From Lachnospiraceae bacterium (GTDB lineage: Bacteria; Bacillota; Clostridia; Lachnospirales; Lachnospiraceae), in contig CASJPF010000015.1 of NCBI GenBank assembly GCA_949383255.1, forward strand, positions 45-64,044: 64,000 bases of DNA. Direction: 5' to 3'. This document shows positions 60,396 to 64,000 of this stretch, piece after piece. Numbering within the stretch: the stretch's first letter is position 1; each line of letters starts with the position of its first letter. Made by a program: the position numbers and the translations under genes. Below the pieces are notes generated by a model. That model made no database searches. It saw only the letters and a program-made list of their open reading frames with translations, and was not told the DNA's origin.

Positions 60396-61508
60396 ATGCT
60401 AAAAAGATACAGAGTGAGAGATTATGATTTTAAATTAATATTTTTACTAGCAGCAGTGACAGTGATTGGGATACTTTCTATTGGCAGTGCTAAGACGGAT
60501 GTTCAGAACAAACAGATATTGGGATTTGTCATGGGATTTTTCATAATGATTGTGCTTTCTTTTTTTGACTATTCCTTTTTTCTGCGTTTTTACTGGATAA
60601 TTTATGGTTTAAACATTGCTTTTTTGCTGATGGTAATACCTTTCGGTAAGGTGGTAAACAACGCAAAGCGATGGCTGGAGATCGGTGGAATACGATTTCA
60701 GCCATCGGAGCTTACCAAGATTATGCTGATATTATTTTATTCCCAATACATTATGAAACATTGGGAAAAGCTTAATTCCTTAAAGAATATAGCAGTTATG
60801 ATTTTGCTGTTGTTGCCGCCGCTGTATCTAATCTACGATCAGCCAGATATGTCTACCAGTATTGTAATTGCAATGATTTTCTGTGTTGTATGGTATGTCG
60901 GCGGGCTGAGCTACAAATTTATATTTGGGGTACTTGCAGTGGCAGTTCCCGCGGCAATTATATTTTTTGTGATGGTTCTGCAGCCGGATCAGACCATTAT
61001 CAATGAATATCAACAAGAGCGTATTTTAGCATGGTTAGAGCCAGAGAAATACGCGCAGACAACAGCATATCAGCAGACAAATGCTGTGATGGCAATCGGT
61101 TCTGGGCAACTGTGGGGCAAAGGGTTGAATAATACTATGATTTCAGTGAAAAATGGTAACTTTGTGTCGGAGCCAGAGACGGATTTTATTTTTACTGTGG
61201 TGGGAGAGGAACTTGGCTTTGTGGGAGCCTGTACAGTGGTGGTTTTGTTGTTCCTTATCACATTGGAGTGTTTAAATGTGGCGAGAAAGGCAAAGGATCT
61301 CGCAGGAACTTGTATTGCCTCTGGAATGGCTGCCCTGATTGGATTTCAAAGTTTTGTCAATATGGCGGTTGCCACAGGCATTTTTCCGAATACAGGCGTT
61401 CCGCTGCCATTTGTCAGTTATGGTCTTACTTCGTTGGTAAGTCTTTATATCGGTATGGGCATTGTGTTAAATGTACGATTACAATGCGTTAGAAAGTATA
61501 ATAATTAG
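60396..61508 (+). CDS. rodA: SEDS protein RodA
   Basis: AKRW, FQPSE..K, QPD, TDFIF...GEE.G, TGVPLPFVSYG. Confidence 0.9.
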   Translation: MLKRYRVRDYDFKLIFLLAAVTVIGILSIGSAKTDVQNKQILGFVMGFFIMIVLSFFDYSFFLRFYWIIYGLNIAFLLMVIPFGKVVNNAKRWLEIGGIRFQPSELTKIMLILFYSQYIMKHWEKLNSLKNIAVMILLLLPPLYLIYDQPDMSTSIVIAMIFCVVWYVGGLSYKFIFGVLAVAVPAAIIFFVMVLQPDQTIINEYQQERILAWLEPEKYAQTTAYQQTNAVMAIGSGQLWGKGLNNTMISVKNGNFVSEPETDFIFTVVGEELGFVGACTVVVLLFLITLECLNVARKAKDLAGTCIASGMAALIGFQSFVNMAVATGIFPNTGVPLPFVSYGLTSLVSLYIGMGIVLNVRLQCVRKYNN

Positions 61509-61661
61509 ATGAAGGATAGTCAGGTTGCACAAATCAGGATAAAAATGTTAAATTTTTTTGAATAAATGATATAAGTATAGATTTTTGAATGTAGAAGGGT
61601 TAAAATATTCTTAGATAAAATATTTCTAGATTAAAAATTGACAAAGGAAGGTGCATAGACT

Positions 61662-62057
61662 ATGAATATTGCGTTGATCGCACATGACGGAAAGAAAAAG
61701 CTGATGCAGAATTTTTGTATTGCTTACAGAGGGATACTGAGCAAAAATGAACTGTACGCTACCGGGACGACAGGCAGGCTGATTGAGGAAGTTACCAATC
61801 TAAGTATTCATAAGTATCTGGCAGGGCATCTAGGTGGAGAGCAGCAGATTTGTGCACAGATTGAGCACAATCAGATTGATCTTGTTATATTTTTGAGGGA
61901 TCCATTGAACTCGAAATCCCATGAGCCCGATGTAAACAATGCGGTCAAGCTTTGCGATATGCACAATATACCACTAGCAACAAACCTTGCATCAGCAGAG
62001 CTTTTGATCAAGTCACTTGACAGAGGAGATTTGGACTGGCGTGAAATGTACAAATAG
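61662..62057 (+). CDS. mgsA: Methylglyoxal synthase
   Basis: IALIAHD.KK, ATGTTG, HEPDV, IPLATN. Confidence 0.92.
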   Translation: MNIALIAHDGKKKLMQNFCIAYRGILSKNELYATGTTGRLIEEVTNLSIHKYLAGHLGGEQQICAQIEHNQIDLVIFLRDPLNSKSHEPDVNNAVKLCDMHNIPLATNLASAELLIKSLDRGDLDWREMYK

Positions 62058-63030
62058 ATTTGGCAGGGTATTATGTGTGATAATGTTTCCTGTTATATTA
62101 GCGGTAAGCTTATCGGGATGCGGATCCAAGGAGTATACGTTTGCATATGACAGAAACAGAAATAATTCTAGTTTTTCTGTCGCGTCATATGAACAGGGAA
62201 AGACAATGGAGGCATTCGCCTCAAAGCTGTGTATTGCGGCGGGGGATGTGGTTAAAGGAACAGATGTGGATATGTCAGAGGCCGGCGCTGCTGGTCTGTT
62301 TGACATTTCGTCTAGCAAGGTTATCTATGCGAAGAATGTTCATGAAAAATTAAATCCGGCAAGTTTGACCAAGATACTCACTGCACTATGTGCCTTAAAA
62401 TATGGAAACCTTGATGATATGTTGACTGCTTCAGAAAATGTTCATATCAGTGAATCTGGCGCGGTAAAATTAGGGCTTGCAGCAGGAGATACAATGACAA
62501 TGGACCAAGCGCTTCATGCACTTTTACTAAAATCGTCAAATGATGTGGCGATTATGATAGCAGAGCATATCAGTGGAAGTGTCGAGGGATTTGCCCAATT
62601 GATGAATGACACGGCAAACAGTCTCGGAGCGACAAACAGTCATTTTGTCAATCCTCATGGGCTTACTGATTCAAATCATTATACAACAGCTTATGATCTC
62701 TACTTAATTTCAAATGAAGCGATGAAGTATGATAAATTTCTGGAGTTGATTCATACAGCGTCGTATACTTCGACATATCATGATAGAAACAATAATGAAA
62801 AAAGTATTGACATACAAAATTCAAATGCCTATATAAAAGGAGAAGCGTTTGCACCGGAAAATGTGACTGTGATTGGTGGAAAAACTGGGACAACCAACGC
62901 GGCGGGAAATTGTTTGATTCTGTACTCTAGAGATAAATCTGGAAATCCCTATATATCGATTGTTATGCAGTCAAATGATAGAACTGTGATGTATACGGAA
63001 ATGACAGATTTATTAAGTGAGATTTCGTAA
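62041..63030 (+). CDS. D-alanyl-D-alanine carboxypeptidase (peptidase S11), lipoprotein
   Basis: Lipobox LSGC; PASLTK, SSND, NPHGL, GKTG. Confidence 0.9.
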   Translation: MKCTNRFGRVLCVIMFPVILAVSLSGCGSKEYTFAYDRNRNNSSFSVASYEQGKTMEAFASKLCIAAGDVVKGTDVDMSEAGAAGLFDISSSKVIYAKNVHEKLNPASLTKILTALCALKYGNLDDMLTASENVHISESGAVKLGLAAGDTMTMDQALHALLLKSSNDVAIMIAEHISGSVEGFAQLMNDTANSLGATNSHFVNPHGLTDSNHYTTAYDLYLISNEAMKYDKFLELIHTASYTSTYHDRNNNEKSIDIQNSNAYIKGEAFAPENVTVIGGKTGTTNAAGNCLILYSRDKSGNPYISIVMQSNDRTVMYTEMTDLLSEIS

Positions 63031-63170
63031 ATTTTTTATCAATATTGAAAGTTAGAGTTGTTTTTTTTGTAGGATTCAACTATAATGAACATAGTGCATT
63101 TATTTATGCTGGCGGTCAAAAAAGTGATCGCTTGGTATAATGTGATGCGCATATTCGCATAAGGTATTTG

Positions 63171-63303
63171 GTTACTGTTCACACAGGACTTAGCATTTAC
63201 TGCTAAGTTCGTATGAAAACATGCATATAGCAGGTAAAGATTTATTCGCGAAGCAAATTTTACATGAATTTTTGCTTGTTACTGGAACGGAGTGAACAGC
63301 AAC
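63171..63303 (+). mobile_element. 133-bp MITE (TIR GTTACTGTTCAC / GTGAACAGCAAC)
   Basis: Perfect 8-bp TSD GGTATTTG (63163-63170 and 63304-63311); homologous to 28922-29071. Confidence 0.88.
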
Positions 63304-63407
63304 GGTATTTGTCGCTTTGCGGCCGCGGATAGCGCGATACACACGACAAATTTTATTAGTCGCGCGTATAATTACATTAAGGATATAAATTTTAGGAGGT
63401 ATTGCTT

Positions 63408-63830
63408 ATGGTGCAGCTTATAGTTGGAAAAAAGGGAAAAGGCAAGACAAAGATTATTCTGGATATGGTCAATAAAGAAGTAGCGACCGCATCTGGAAAT
63501 ATTGTATACCTTGACAAAGGCAATGATCATATGTATGAACTAAACAATAAGGTAAGACTTATCAATGTGAAGGATTATGGAGTTGCCAATGCAGACGAAT
63601 TTGTTGGTTTTATTCGTGGTATCATCTCTCAAGACCATGATTTGCAGCAAGTTTATTTTGATGGATTTTTAAACATTTCCTGTATCGATGGCTCTGAGAA
63701 AGTAGAAGAAGTATTAAATAAGCTGGATTCCATTAGTGATACATATGGGTTTAAAATTATAGCAAGTATTTCAATAGATGAGGCAGATTTGCCAGAGAGC
63801 TTAAAGTCAAAGGTGCTTGTAGCCTTATAA
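63408..63830 (+). CDS. Small P-loop protein (often annotated 'twitching motility protein PilT' in Clostridia)
   Basis: MVQLIVGKKGKGKTK, MYEL...RL, F.GF..GIISQDHD. Confidence 0.75.
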   Translation: MVQLIVGKKGKGKTKIILDMVNKEVATASGNIVYLDKGNDHMYELNNKVRLINVKDYGVANADEFVGFIRGIISQDHDLQQVYFDGFLNISCIDGSEKVEEVLNKLDSISDTYGFKIIASISIDEADLPESLKSKVLVAL

Positions 63831-63861
63831 TGGATTGAAACACAGATTATATACAAAACAG

Positions 63862-63893
63862 AAAGCCTCGGAATAAATGACCGGGGCTTTTTT
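63862..63893 (+). terminator. Intrinsic terminator
   Basis: AAAGCCTCGG / CCGGGGCTTT followed by a T-tract. Confidence 0.7.
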
Positions 63894-64000
63894 ATGCACT
63901 TATAATCATATAGACTTTTAATGAATGGAGAATGTCTGTGGCTTCTAGGAATCGTCAGGTGGTACATCGAAAACAATTAAATAAATCTGGAAGAACAATG

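Noticed and set aside
701-63976. Numerous 60-170 aa ORFs antisense to, or nested in, annotated genes
   Set aside because: Shadow ORFs with no RBS or recognisable motifs.
1-64000. CRISPR array, cas genes or rRNA
   Set aside because: I saw no regularly spaced direct repeats and no Cas or rRNA signatures.

Overview
Low-GC Firmicute chromosome segment. Gene content (sleC, Clostridia-type ssb, the mre/min block) points to a spore-forming Clostridia member, probably Lachnospiraceae; this is inference. From left to right: (1) an aminoglycoside nucleotidyltransferase-like gene; (2) a ~15 kb xylan locus with a GH11-CBM36 xylanase, a chemoreceptor carrying an unusual inserted beta-sandwich, a YesM/YesN-type two-component system, an oligosaccharide ABC transporter, a second membrane-anchored binding-protein paralogue, a GH3 pseudogene and a GH8 Rex; (3) tRNA-Thr(GGT) followed by a decayed integrated element holding integrase, Uma2, IS3, IS982 and group II intron scars plus an intact Rrf2/ferredoxin pair; (4) housekeeping genes (pbp1A, yigZ, sleC, typA, ssb, lysine-riboswitch-led dapA-dapB-hisA, csp, pcrA, rlmD with ICE/IS110 debris, mutS-mutL-miaA, radC-mreBCD-pbp2-minCDE-rodA-mgsA-dac). 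The most notable signals are: a chemoreceptor with what looks like a circularly permuted CBM-type domain inside the xylan locus, preceded by a terminator/antiterminator leader; an ORF-less ~300 bp IS200/IS605 derivative that keeps a TnpB omegaRNA-like scaffold; and a MITE family (TIR GTTACTGTTCAC, 8 bp TSD) that has inserted into a lysine riboswitch and another structured leader, with one copy itself invaded by a second MITE. All family assignments come from motif recognition by eye; no database search was run.
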